Part shown: positions 50,210-60,156 of the stretch, piece after piece
Position numbering within the stretch: the stretch's first letter is position 1
How the letters are laid out: each line of letters begins with the position of its first letter
DNA from: Spirochaetales bacterium
GTDB lineage: Bacteria; Spirochaetota; Spirochaetia; JABEVK01
Length of the DNA stretch: 62,075 nt
Direction: 5' to 3'
Assembly: GCA_037142615.1 (NCBI GenBank)
Contig: JBAXAI010000022.1
Span: 1 to 62,075 of the forward strand
The notes under the pieces: generated by a model
Databases searched by the model: none
Seen by the model: the letters and a program-made list of their open reading frames with translations, nothing else
What the model was told of the DNA's origin: nothing
Position numbers and translations under genes: made by a program

Positions 50210-50368
50210 ATGACTTACACGGCGCTCATCAAACAAGTTGACCAAGTTTGGATTGGTTGGATCGAAGAAATTCCCGGTGTCAATTGTCAAGAAGACACCC
50301 AAGAAGACCTGATTGAGACACTGGGTATCACGCTCAAAGAAGCCGTCCTATTCGTCGGCAATGACTGA
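50210..50368 (+). CDS. Orphan, short HicB-family antitoxin (52 aa)
   Basis: Read manually: MTYTALIKQVDQVWIGWIEEIPGVNCQEDTQEDLIETLGITLKEAV; AAGGAG RBS; no HicA adjacent. Confidence 0.75.
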   Translation: MTYTALIKQVDQVWIGWIEEIPGVNCQEDTQEDLIETLGITLKEAVLFVGND

Positions 50369-50398
50369 ACACGCAGCGTCGTTGTTAAAGGAAACCAA

Positions 50399-51271
50399 AT
50401 GAAAGGCATCATTCTTGCCGGCGGAGCCGGTACCCGACTCTACCCGGCCACCAGGGTGGTCTGCAAACAGCTGCTTCCGGTTTACGACAAACCCATGATC
50501 TACTACCCGCTGAGCACGCTCATGTTGGCGGGGATCCAAGAGATTCTGGTGATCAGCACACCGGCCGATACGCCACGTTTCCGCGAGTTGCTGGGCGATG
50601 GTTCGGACTTGGGACTGAAGTTGCAGTACAAAGTGCAGGACGTGCCCAACGGGCTGGCGCAGGCTTTCGTGCTGGGCAAAGAGTTCATCGGTAACGACTC
50701 CGTTTGCCTGGTCCTCGGCGACAACATTTTCTTTGGTCATGACTTTTCGAAGCTCTTGGCGAATGCCAAGACCCAGAAAACCGGCGCAACGGTTTTTGGC
50801 TATCAGGTAGCCGACCCGGAACGCTATGGTGTGGCTGAGTTTGACAAGACGGGCAAGGTGCTCTCGATTGAAGAGAAACCTGCCCAACCGAAGAGTAATT
50901 TCGCCGTAGTTGGGCTGTACTTCTACGACAATCAGGTGGTCGACATTGCCGTCAACCTCAAACCTTCGGCCCGAGGCGAGTACGAGATCACCGACGTGAA
51001 CAGGGAGTACCTGCGGCGTGGTCAACTGCAAGTGGAACTGATGGGCCGAGGCTTTGCCTGGCTCGACACCGGTACCCACGAAAGCTTGGTCGACGCCACC
51101 AACTTCGTCAAAGCCATCGAAGACCGGCAGGGGCTGAAGATTGCCTGCATCGAAGAGATCGCGTACCGTCAGGGCTTTGTTAACCGGGCTGAGTTTCTCA
51201 AGTTGGCCGAGGTTCTAAAAAAATCCACCTACGGTGAGTACCTGTTCAGGATCGCTCACGACACCGAATAA
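50399..51271 (+). CDS. rfbA: Glucose-1-phosphate thymidylyltransferase, copy 2
   Basis: Protein nearly identical to copy 1, with intact LVLGDNIF. Confidence 0.96.
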   Translation: MKGIILAGGAGTRLYPATRVVCKQLLPVYDKPMIYYPLSTLMLAGIQEILVISTPADTPRFRELLGDGSDLGLKLQYKVQDVPNGLAQAFVLGKEFIGNDSVCLVLGDNIFFGHDFSKLLANAKTQKTGATVFGYQVADPERYGVAEFDKTGKVLSIEEKPAQPKSNFAVVGLYFYDNQVVDIAVNLKPSARGEYEITDVNREYLRRGQLQVELMGRGFAWLDTGTHESLVDATNFVKAIEDRQGLKIACIEEIAYRQGFVNRAEFLKLAEVLKKSTYGEYLFRIAHDTE

Positions 51272-51272
51272 C

Positions 51273-51821
51273 GTGCTTGGGTCATTTGCTCGTGGACCGA
51301 TACTTGGCCTAGTTGTCATCCAGCCCCGAGTATTCCGTGACGGTCGGGGAAGCTTTTTCGAGACGTACAAACAGTCCGAGTACGCAGCCAACGGAGTCGC
51401 CAGCACGTTCGTTCAGGATAACCACAGCACCAGTACCCGGGGAGTACTTCGTGGGCTGCATTTTCAGAACCCGCCCTTTGCTCAGGGCAAGTTGGTGCGA
51501 GTGATCCAAGGAGCCGTGTGGGATGTTGCTGTCGATCTCCGCCCGGGTTCCAGCTTCGGCGAATGGTTTGGCCTGGAGTTGAGCGCTGAAAATCGAACTC
51601 AACTCTATATACCAGAAGGTTTTGCCCACGGATTTGTCACCATCAGTGAATCGGCAGAGTTTGTTTACAAGTGTACCGCCGAATACAACAAGGCCAGCGA
51701 AGGCGGGATAAGGTGGGACGACCCTTCAATCGGTATCGACTGGCCCTTGGCGGGTTTTGAAGTCTGCGTTTCGGAAAAGGACGCTGTTCTTCCTTTTCTT
51801 GCGGAAGTGGGTAAGCGATGA
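51273..51821 (+). CDS. rfbC: dTDP-4-dehydrorhamnose 3,5-epimerase, copy 2
   Basis: Same motifs as copy 1; GTG start at the equivalent position. Confidence 0.93.
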   Translation: MLGSFARGPILGLVVIQPRVFRDGRGSFFETYKQSEYAANGVASTFVQDNHSTSTRGVLRGLHFQNPPFAQGKLVRVIQGAVWDVAVDLRPGSSFGEWFGLELSAENRTQLYIPEGFAHGFVTISESAEFVYKCTAEYNKASEGGIRWDDPSIGIDWPLAGFEVCVSEKDAVLPFLAEVGKR

Positions 51822-51998
51822 TCCGGATTGCGGAGCCAGAAATTTGTTGAGAACCCACGTCGGGTGGACGTTCAGCGTTGTGAATCTGGCGTGGATTGGA
51901 TGCGACATAAAGTCAACTTTGCGGAAGCCAGAAGAGACTGAAGAGACTAGAAACAAAGGGATTCGCGTACCGTGGCCGAAACAAATCAAGGAGTTTGC

Positions 51999-53114
51999 AT
52001 GCCGAAAGTTGCCCTCATCACAGGTATAACCGGACAGGATGGAGCATATCTCGCGGAACTATTGCTGGGAAAAGGTTACATCGTTCATGGAATCAAGCGG
52101 CGTTCGAGCCTGTTTAACACCGACCGTATCGATCATCTTTTCCATGACCCGCATGAGGACGGCGTGAAGTTCTTCCTTCATTTTGGAGACATGACAGATG
52201 GGAGCAATCTTGTCCGTATCATTCAAGAAACGCAGCCAGATGAAATCTATAACTTAGCGGCAATGAGCCACGTCGCGGTGAGTTTTGAGACTCCCGAATA
52301 CACAGCCAACGCCGACGGTGTAGGCACCTTGCGCCTTCTCGAAGCTGTTCGGATCCTTGGATTGGAACAAAGAACGCGGATTTATCAGGCCAGCACTAGC
52401 GAGCTTTATGGGAAGGTCCAAGAAATCCCTCAGAAGGAAACGACTCCATTCTACCCACGTAGTCCTTACGCTGTCGCTAAACTCTACGCCTACTGGATTA
52501 CGGTCAACTACCGCGAGGCGTACGGCATCTTCGCATGTAACGGGATCCTTTTCAATCACGAGAGTCCGATCCGCGGCGAGACTTTTGTCACTCGCAAAAT
52601 TACCCGAGCTGCTGCGCGCATCGCATTGGGAATGCAGGAGAAGCTGTACCTGGGCAACCTCAGCAGCAAGCGTGACTGGGGGCATGCCAAGGATTACGTG
52701 CGAATGATGTGGATGATCCTCCAGGCCGAGAAAGCCGAAGACTGGGTCATTGCCACAGGCGTGACCACCGAGGTCCGATCATTTGTCCGAATGGCCTTCC
52801 AAGAAGTTGGAATCGAGATTGAGTTCCGTGGCGAAGGGATCCATGAGAAAGCGTTTGTACTTCTCTGCAGCAACCCAAAGTTCCAAGTCCCTGTTGGCCA
52901 AGAGGTCGTGTCCGTCGATGCCGCTTATTTCCGACCGACTGAAGTGGATCTGTTGGTTGGTGACTCAACCAAGGCTCGAACTAAGTTGGGTTGGAATCCA
53001 GAATACACCTTGGAATCTCTCGTCAAGGAAATGATGGAGAGTGACGTGGCTCTGATGAGCAAGGAACTCCACATCTCCGATGGCGGCTACCGGATCAACC
53101 GGTACCACGAGTAG
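51999..53114 (+). CDS. gmd: GDP-mannose 4,6-dehydratase
   Basis: [50 protein letters not shown]. Confidence 0.97.
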   Translation: MPKVALITGITGQDGAYLAELLLGKGYIVHGIKRRSSLFNTDRIDHLFHDPHEDGVKFFLHFGDMTDGSNLVRIIQETQPDEIYNLAAMSHVAVSFETPEYTANADGVGTLRLLEAVRILGLEQRTRIYQASTSELYGKVQEIPQKETTPFYPRSPYAVAKLYAYWITVNYREAYGIFACNGILFNHESPIRGETFVTRKITRAAARIALGMQEKLYLGNLSSKRDWGHAKDYVRMMWMILQAEKAEDWVIATGVTTEVRSFVRMAFQEVGIEIEFRGEGIHEKAFVLLCSNPKFQVPVGQEVVSVDAAYFRPTEVDLLVGDSTKARTKLGWNPEYTLESLVKEMMESDVALMSKELHISDGGYRINRYHE

Positions 53115-53118
53115 AACC

Positions 53119-53520
53119 ATGAGTGGCACTGAACACATTGAGTATGAGGGGCTCTCGTACGCCCTGATTGTCCGCAACGAAATTGAGAACACGGGCCTCA
53201 AGTTCGTCACCGGCAACGAAGACCTTCTTCAGTTGGCGCATATGCGGTACCCGGCAGGAAAGCTAATTCAGCCTCATTTGCACAATTCTGTTGTGAGGAC
53301 TCTGAACCACACCTTCGAAGTGCTCCTAATCAAGAAGGGAAAACTGAAAGTGACGTACTACAATGCGAAGAGACTACCAATGGGCGAAAGCACGCTTTAC
53401 TCCGGCGACGTCATCTTGCTGATGTTTGGTGGCCATGGATTCGAGGTGCTCGACGAACTTGAAATGATCGAAGTGAAGCAGGGACCCTACGTAGGGGACG
53501 CCGACAAAATCAAGTTCTAG
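53119..53520 (+). CDS. Cupin-like conserved hypothetical protein of sugar-nucleotide loci
   Basis: IQPHLH, EVL, GGHGFEV, EVKQGPY. Confidence 0.7.
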   Translation: MSGTEHIEYEGLSYALIVRNEIENTGLKFVTGNEDLLQLAHMRYPAGKLIQPHLHNSVVRTLNHTFEVLLIKKGKLKVTYYNAKRLPMGESTLYSGDVILLMFGGHGFEVLDELEMIEVKQGPYVGDADKIKF

Positions 53521-53547
53521 ACAATGACAGAAATCAAGGAGATACGC

Positions 53548-54681
53548 ATGGAAGCCCATATTCCGGTTTGCGAGCCTATGCTCGCCGGGAATGAATCCAA
53601 ATACGTCAACGAAGCGCTCCAAACAGGCTGGATTTCGTCTACAGGCAAGTACGTCCAGGGATTCGAAGAAGCCTTTGCGCAGTACTGTGGCGTCAAGCAC
53701 GCTGTTGCGGTGAGCAATGGTACCGTTGCCCTCCATTTGGCACTGGCGGCTTTGGGAATTGGCCGAGGTGACGAGGTAATCATACCCAACTTCACCATGA
53801 TCGCAAGCGCTTTTGCGGTCTGCTACACAGGTGCGATTCCCGTATTTGTCGACTGCGACTCCAAAACTTGGAACATCGACGTTGCGCAGATTGAGGCCAA
53901 AATCACCAAGAAGACCAGAGCCATTATGCCCGTCCACATTTACGGGTTGATGTGTGACATGGATGCCATCACGGCCCTAGCGGAAAAGTATAGGCTGTTC
54001 GTCGTCGAAGACGCTGCCGAGTCGCATGGCGCAACTTACAAGGGCAAAAAAGCTGGGGCGATGTCCACCATGAGCGCTTTCAGCTTTTTTGCCAACAAGA
54101 ACTTAACTACTGGCGAAGGGGGTATGGTCCTTACCGATGACAGTCGGCTTTTTGACCGAGCGCGGTACTTCAAGAACCTCTGTTTTCCTCTCGATGGATC
54201 GCGAACCTATTCCCATTTAGACATCGGTTTCAACTACAGGATGTCGAACTTGCATGCCGCGATTGGCCTCGCCCAGGTTGAAAAAGCAGATGAATACAAA
54301 GCGATGCGCATTCGAAACGGCCACTTGTACCGAGAGTACCTAAAGGCTGTCCCTGGTATTGGCTGGCAGGTCACGGCAGGTCCGGAATACGAGAACGTGT
54401 ACTGGATGAACTCTATCATTCTCGACCCCAAGACGTTCGGAAAGACGCGCGCCGAAACAGTCGCTTTCCTCAAGGACAACAAGATCGAAACACGGATGGT
54501 GTTTGTTGGTATGAATAGACAGGCCAGCTTGCGGGATTTTGGTGCCAACATGGACGGCAACTACCCGAACACCGATCGACTGGCGGAAAATGGCTTCTAC
54601 CTTCCTTCGTCATCGAGTTTGCGCGAAGACCAAATCCAGCGAATCTGTACCCTAATCAGTGATTTCCAGGCGAGGGGGTGA
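53548..54681 (+). CDS. DegT/DnrJ/EryC1/StrS aminotransferase, probable GDP-perosamine synthase
   Basis: GWISS.G, NGTVALHLAL, VEDAAESHG, FSFFANKNLTTGEGG, GFNYRMSN; follows gmd. Confidence 0.88.
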   Translation: MEAHIPVCEPMLAGNESKYVNEALQTGWISSTGKYVQGFEEAFAQYCGVKHAVAVSNGTVALHLALAALGIGRGDEVIIPNFTMIASAFAVCYTGAIPVFVDCDSKTWNIDVAQIEAKITKKTRAIMPVHIYGLMCDMDAITALAEKYRLFVVEDAAESHGATYKGKKAGAMSTMSAFSFFANKNLTTGEGGMVLTDDSRLFDRARYFKNLCFPLDGSRTYSHLDIGFNYRMSNLHAAIGLAQVEKADEYKAMRIRNGHLYREYLKAVPGIGWQVTAGPEYENVYWMNSIILDPKTFGKTRAETVAFLKDNKIETRMVFVGMNRQASLRDFGANMDGNYPNTDRLAENGFYLPSSSSLREDQIQRICTLISDFQARG

Positions 54682-55775
54682 CGATGTCCAATGCACTCAA
54701 GGTGAACTTGGTATGCTATGAGGATGTGAACCAATGGATCCTAGGCAAGTTCGCCCGCCGAATGAACGAGATACTCGTTGCGGATGGACATGATGTGACG
54801 ATCAGCACAAAGCCAGACCACATGGCGGATATCAACCACCACATCATCTACTACGACTACAAGACTGAGTTAGCCTGTGCCTGCGACACTCTCATGATCA
54901 CGCACATCGACACTGTCACGAAGCTTTCCCTGCTCAAGGACCAATTGCGCGTTGCCTCGGCAGGCATCTGCATGTCTCAAGAGACTAGGATCAACCTTAT
55001 CGAAGCCGGTATTGACCAGTCCAAGCTCCATGTCGTGAACCCAGCGCACGATGGTATCATTCCGATCAAGAAGAAGTACTTCGGAATCACCTGCCGCGTT
55101 CAGAATGATGGTCGCAAGCGAGAGCATCTGCTGGTTAGGCTTTCACAGGAACTAGATCCGGCCTACTTTGGCTTCATAATCATGGGCGACGGTTGGGAGC
55201 CCTGCATTAAGGAGTTGGAAGAAACAGGTTTCAACGTAGAGTTCCACAGGGATTTCCAGCCGGAAATTTACGCCGGGCTCTTTCAGCGAATGGACTACTA
55301 CCTGTACATGGGGCTCGATGAAGGCCAAATGGGATTCGTCGATGCCTGTGCCGCCGGGATCGAAACCTTAGTCACAGACCAAGGCTATCATCAAGACGCA
55401 AAAGGGGGGATGACCTTCCCTTTCCTGACGGAAGAAGAACTTTTGGCGATTGCTAGGGAACTTCAGTCCGACCGCCGGCAGTTGGTCGAGTCAGTCGCAG
55501 GTTGGAACTGGCAGAGCTATACCGACCAGCACGTGCAGATTTGGCGTCAACTTCTCAGTGGGGTCGATAACACCAATCTAGGTTTCGCGGGGAAACCCAA
55601 ACTGAGGGGAGTCCTCAAGCAGTTCATACATGTTTTCCGTTCCCCTGTTTCGACGTTCCACAGGACACCCAAGATGGTGGTTCGCGATCTTTTCTTGATG
55701 ACCAAGGAAGTTTTTCCGGGGCTCCAAGGGGTATGGAAGTGGTATAAGTCCTGGCGAACGCGACGCAACGCCTAG
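54678..55775 (+). CDS. Putative glycosyltransferase-like protein (GT-B-like)
   Basis: Within the sugar operon; DGRKR and DEGQMGFVDACAAG resemble a GT-B C-terminal motif. Confidence 0.55.
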   Translation: MTMSNALKVNLVCYEDVNQWILGKFARRMNEILVADGHDVTISTKPDHMADINHHIIYYDYKTELACACDTLMITHIDTVTKLSLLKDQLRVASAGICMSQETRINLIEAGIDQSKLHVVNPAHDGIIPIKKKYFGITCRVQNDGRKREHLLVRLSQELDPAYFGFIIMGDGWEPCIKELEETGFNVEFHRDFQPEIYAGLFQRMDYYLYMGLDEGQMGFVDACAAGIETLVTDQGYHQDAKGGMTFPFLTEEELLAIARELQSDRRQLVESVAGWNWQSYTDQHVQIWRQLLSGVDNTNLGFAGKPKLRGVLKQFIHVFRSPVSTFHRTPKMVVRDLFLMTKEVFPGLQGVWKWYKSWRTRRNA

Positions 55776-56268
55776 ACCCCGGCTCGCTCGAGTTTGATGA
55801 TTGCTAGGTTCTTCAATCTTAGATTTGGGAAAATTCAATAACCCCTAATCGCCTTTGCTCACATTTCTTGGAATATCCACACAAATAGAAAACGGACATG
55901 AACGATCTTGTCCTGGTTGCGTAAGCTTGTCATTTGTTCCATACACTTTGCGGTACCAGGACTGACAAAACGGCTAGTAACGCAATGTCTGATTCACTGT
56001 TGGTCAGTCGTGTCTTCTGCTATTTGAACTATTCGGTGCTTCCTTCTGGTGCGTTGCAATTCGGAGTATCACCAAGCCTCAGACGGTTCTCACTTGAACG
56101 GCAATAGTACTAAGTTACCTAGCGTGAAGAATGGCGGTGACGGAATGACATGGGCATACTAATTTTCCTGAAGTCCGATAGGGGGCGAGCGGCCCTACTG
56201 GGCGGAGAATAGGTTCAAAGATCAAGAAGCAGAAAACCATTACCAAGAGTCCAGCGACAAACGCCCTG

Positions 56269-57771
56269 TTGCTCACGGCATTGACTATTGTATCAATTTT
56301 CTTCAGCTTCCTTAACCAGTTGGTTGTAGCAGCTACCTTCGGCATTAGTCTCGAAAGGGACTTGTTCTTTGTTGCCATGGTAATCCCCAACTATCTGCTT
56401 GGAGTTCTTCAAGGTTCGCTTGGAATGTTGTTCATGCCAAAGTACGTTGAAGAAGTGCAGGCGAACGGTGAACTGGGGGGAACACGGTTAAGCATGCGGC
56501 TTTCTTTTTTTACTGCGGCACTAACATTAGTCATACTTGTCCTCTACACAATTGCCGGGCCTCGGCTCAACTCCGCATTGTTTGGGCAGATCTCGTCAGA
56601 AGGGTTGTCACTCGTCTTCCAGCTTTCCGTACTCTTATTCCCGCTGGTCTTTCTGCAACTCTTGGGTGGCTTCCTTACCACAATGTTGCAGACGAAAGGC
56701 GATTTCTTCACGCCCATGTCCGCGACGATCATTGGTGTTATCGGTTCGACTGCATTCATTGGTCTTTTTGGTCACTCGATCGGAATTGCAAGTCTGATTG
56801 GTGGCCAGGCTCTTAACGTATTCATCGTGCTTGTGGTTGTATCGATACGATTGGCAATGGGGAACAGAACAACGAAGGGTACGTTCAAGAACGGTAAGAC
56901 TAGGCTTTCACCACTGCTGGGTGCCTCAATTCCGTTAGCAATTGGTTCGGTGATTGGAAAGACCCAACCGATCATAGAACGAAGAATGAGTTCGGGATTA
57001 CCCGCCGGTGCCGTCTCGACAGTTGCAACCGCAGGTCAGATTGTTGCGATTCTTTCCACACTAGTATCCAGCGGCGTCGGCACAGTCGTGTTTCCTAGGC
57101 TTGCTCGAGAGTCAGCGAGTGGCAACTTGGAGGCAATGAACGCCACTGCTTCCAGAGCTTTGACATACGTCTTTTTCTTGCTATCACCGCTTGTTGCGAT
57201 CTTGGCAACGTCAACAAACGAGTTTGTGAAGCTGGTGTTTGAGCGCGGAGCCTTTGACTCACGGGCTACTGAACAAGTCAGTGAGACTGTAATGTGTATG
57301 GTGGGGGTACTCGTCTTTGGAAGCCTTGGCACAATTATTGCGAAACTCGTATATGTAGCTAAGCCAGTCTTAACGGGTTCAGTTGCACTTCTTGAGACCG
57401 TAGTTTTTGCCCTTTGCTGCGTGGTTTTGGTACCTGAACTTGGGGCCAATGGAATTGCTCTGTCATACTCTTTGGGTGCGGCCACATCAATAATGTTTTC
57501 AATTGTCGGGCTTTTCCTTAGCGAAAAAATAAGCCGTTCCTTCCTGAAATCGACACTGCGGTCCGCCGTAATGTTTGTGTTCATGACGGCGATACTTTCA
57601 GCGGTTGCGGAAACGACTAAAGACCTTCTGGGCGGACAGGGATTCCTGCAGGCAGTAGGGATAATGATTTCTGTAGGGGTTGGTTTTCTCCTGCTTCTCT
57701 ACCCACTGAGTGAAGAAGCAAGGTCGTTCACGAAATCAGCAATTGGAAAAATCATGACCTCGTTGAAGTGA
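56269..57771 (+). CDS. MurJ/MviN-like (MOP family) polysaccharide flippase
   Basis: Many hydrophobic segments; AATFG...D.F..A..IP, FMPKY, VVFPRLA, LVFERGAFD. Confidence 0.85.
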   Translation: MLTALTIVSIFFSFLNQLVVAATFGISLERDLFFVAMVIPNYLLGVLQGSLGMLFMPKYVEEVQANGELGGTRLSMRLSFFTAALTLVILVLYTIAGPRLNSALFGQISSEGLSLVFQLSVLLFPLVFLQLLGGFLTTMLQTKGDFFTPMSATIIGVIGSTAFIGLFGHSIGIASLIGGQALNVFIVLVVVSIRLAMGNRTTKGTFKNGKTRLSPLLGASIPLAIGSVIGKTQPIIERRMSSGLPAGAVSTVATAGQIVAILSTLVSSGVGTVVFPRLARESASGNLEAMNATASRALTYVFFLLSPLVAILATSTNEFVKLVFERGAFDSRATEQVSETVMCMVGVLVFGSLGTIIAKLVYVAKPVLTGSVALLETVVFALCCVVLVPELGANGIALSYSLGAATSIMFSIVGLFLSEKISRSFLKSTLRSAVMFVFMTAILSAVAETTKDLLGGQGFLQAVGIMISVGVGFLLLLYPLSEEARSFTKSAIGKIMTSLK

Positions 57772-57831
57772 GAAAGCTGCAGTTCAACCCGGTTTTTGGC
57801 CGGTCGCAGCAAAGATCGTTAGGAGTTGTGC

Positions 57832-59079
57832 ATGAAATCCGTCGGAATCATTGGTCTTGGGTATGTTGGATTGCCACTTGCTGTAGCCTTTTCCAAGACA
57901 AACATGGTCTTGGGGTACGATTCCAAGAAGTCAAGAGTTCAAGAACTCCAGGCTGGTCACGACCATACCATGGAGATTTCAACAGAGGAACTGCGCGCTT
58001 CGCGAAACCTCAAACTGACATCTGAAGCGGAGGACTTGCGTGGTTGCGATTTCTTCATTGTCACGGTACCAACACCGGTTGACAAGTACAACACTCCGGA
58101 CTTACGTCCGTTGATTTCGGCAAGCAGAACCGTCGGGCGGCTATTAAAGTCAGGTGGCATAGTGGTTTATGAATCAACCGTATACCCAGGGTGTACGGAG
58201 GAGGACTGTGTACCAATTCTGGTGGCCGAGAGCGGTCTCACGTTCAATAAGGACTTCTTCTGCGGATACTCACCCGAGCGAATCAACCCAGGCGACAAAG
58301 AACACACTATCACAAAGATCAAGAAAATAACTTCCGGTTCAACTCCGGAGGCAGCGGAGGCTGTTGACGCACTCTATCGCAGTGTAATCGTCGCTGGTAC
58401 CCATCGGGCCTCGAGCATTCGCGTTGCAGAAGCGGCGAAGGTCATCGAGAACAGCCAGAGAGACATCAATATCGCGTTTGTCAACGAGCTTTCACTGATC
58501 TTTGAACGGCTCGGAATAGATACTTACGATGTTCTAGAGGCGGCCGGGACAAAGTGGAACTTCCTTCCGTTCAAGCCTGGACTGGTTGGCGGTCATTGTA
58601 TTGGTGTCGATCCATTCTACCTGACGCATCGCGCTCAAGCGGAGGGGTACTACCCTGAGATCATTCTCGCAGGTCGTCGACTCAACGATAGAATGGGTGC
58701 GGAAGTGGTCTCTCGAGTCGTGAAGCTGATGATTAAGAAGGCCATTCCGATCGAGGGAGCCAGAGTATTAGTGTTGGGAATTACCTTCAAGGAGAATTGC
58801 CCAGACATTCGAAATTCGAAGGTGATCACGATCATCAACGAGCTAAATGAGTTCGGATGCAAGGTGGAAGTTCACGACCCTTGGGCCGCCGCCGCTGAGG
58901 TTAAGCAGGAGTACGACTTGGAACTGGCACCCATAGAAGGAACGTACGATGCGATCATCCTCGCGGTATCCCACCGTGAGCTACTGGAACTCGACTTCGG
59001 AACCCTTCGAAAGGCCAAGTCTGTCGTCTTTGATGTCAAAGGGGTCCTAGATCGTAACAAAATCGATGCGCGGCTATAG
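57832..59079 (+). CDS. Nucleotide-sugar (UDP-GlcNAc/GalNAc-type) 6-dehydrogenase, TviB/WbpO-like
   Basis: IIGLGYVGLPLA, YESTVYPG, YSPERINPGD, GLVGGHCIGVDP, GITFKENCPDIRN. Confidence 0.92.
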   Translation: MKSVGIIGLGYVGLPLAVAFSKTNMVLGYDSKKSRVQELQAGHDHTMEISTEELRASRNLKLTSEAEDLRGCDFFIVTVPTPVDKYNTPDLRPLISASRTVGRLLKSGGIVVYESTVYPGCTEEDCVPILVAESGLTFNKDFFCGYSPERINPGDKEHTITKIKKITSGSTPEAAEAVDALYRSVIVAGTHRASSIRVAEAAKVIENSQRDINIAFVNELSLIFERLGIDTYDVLEAAGTKWNFLPFKPGLVGGHCIGVDPFYLTHRAQAEGYYPEIILAGRRLNDRMGAEVVSRVVKLMIKKAIPIEGARVLVLGITFKENCPDIRNSKVITIINELNEFGCKVEVHDPWAAAAEVKQEYDLELAPIEGTYDAIILAVSHRELLELDFGTLRKAKSVVFDVKGVLDRNKIDARL

Positions 59080-59103
59080 CGGGCGGAATCAAAGGAAACT
59101 GTC

Positions 59104-60156
59104 ATGAAGATCTTGGTTACTGGAAGTGCTGGATTTATCGGGTTTCATCTCTCCAAGAGGCTCATAGCAGAAGGACATTCAGTCCTTGGATTGGATTGTC
59201 TCAACGAGTACTACGATGTTGGTCTGAAGTATTCACGGCTATCTGTATTGGGTATTGATCGGACTGAAATTTCAGACGGAACTGTGGTGGCTTCGAGTGC
59301 GGAAGCCAGGTTTCAATTCGTCCAAGCAGACCTTGGGGCAGTTGGATTGCTTGAACGGCTGTTTGCGGAGCAATGCTTTGATGCGGTTGTAAATCTGGCT
59401 GCCCAAGCCGGTGTTCGGTATAGCCTGATAAATCCAAGAGAATACATCCAGTCAAATGTAAGCGGGTTCCTGAATGTACTCGAGTGTTGCCGTCACTTTG
59501 GCACGAAACACTTGGTCTACGCTTCGTCTTCAAGCGTCTATGGCCTCAACGAAAGCCTTCCCTTCTCGACCAGTGACTCGGTTGACCATCCGGTAAGTCT
59601 TTACGCCGCCAGCAAAAAGAGCAATGAGTTAATGGCGCATTCGTACAGTCACCTTTTCGGGTTGCCAACAACAGGGCTTCGTTTCTTCACCGTCTATGGA
59701 CCTTGGGGCCGTCCCGACATGGCGTTGTTTCTATTCACAAAGGCTATCCTCGAGGGAAGGTCAATAGACGTATTCAACAATGGAGAGATGTATAGGGATT
59801 TTACGTACATCGAAGACATCGTAGATGGTATCGTTCGAGTAATTCGAAATCCGGCAGAACCCGACAAAAAATGGAATGCAAAGAAGCCGAATCCAGCCTC
59901 ATCACCGGCGCCCTACAAAATTTTTAATATCGGTAATTCAACTTCGGTACGCTTGATGGACTTCATTAGGGCCATCGAGCATGAACTGGGCCAAAATGCC
60001 AAGCTGAACTTGCTACCTTTGCAGCCTGGTGATGTAGCAGCGACTTGGTCCGACATATCTGATCTTTCAGATTCACTCGGGTACAAGCCAAGAACCTCAA
60101 TTGAAGAAGGGGTCCGTCATTTCATTCGTTGGTATCGTGAATACTATCGTGTCTGA
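59104..60156 (+). CDS. NAD-dependent epimerase, UDP-glucuronate 4-epimerase-like
   Basis: TGSAGFIG, LAAQAGVRYS, YAASKKSNE, RFFTVYGPWGRPDMA. Confidence 0.92.
   Translation: MKILVTGSAGFIGFHLSKRLIAEGHSVLGLDCLNEYYDVGLKYSRLSVLGIDRTEISDGTVVASSAEARFQFVQADLGAVGLLERLFAEQCFDAVVNLAAQAGVRYSLINPREYIQSNVSGFLNVLECCRHFGTKHLVYASSSSVYGLNESLPFSTSDSVDHPVSLYAASKKSNELMAHSYSHLFGLPTTGLRFFTVYGPWGRPDMALFLFTKAILEGRSIDVFNNGEMYRDFTYIEDIVDGIVRVIRNPAEPDKKWNAKKPNPASSPAPYKIFNIGNSTSVRLMDFIRAIEHELGQNAKLNLLPLQPGDVAATWSDISDLSDSLGYKPRTSIEEGVRHFIRWYREYYRV

Noticed and set aside
40871-50368. Integron cassette array
   Set aside because: No integrase and no attC-like sites; most genes overlap, leaving no room for them
51818-51900. 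MIRIAEPEIC micro-ORF as a DegT gene remnant
   Set aside because: Similarity is too short and needs several indels; cannot be supported by eye
56132-56139. GGCGGTGA as an ops/JUMPstart element
   Set aside because: Imperfect match to GGCGGTAG, no JUMPstart context, and no NusG paralogue in the window
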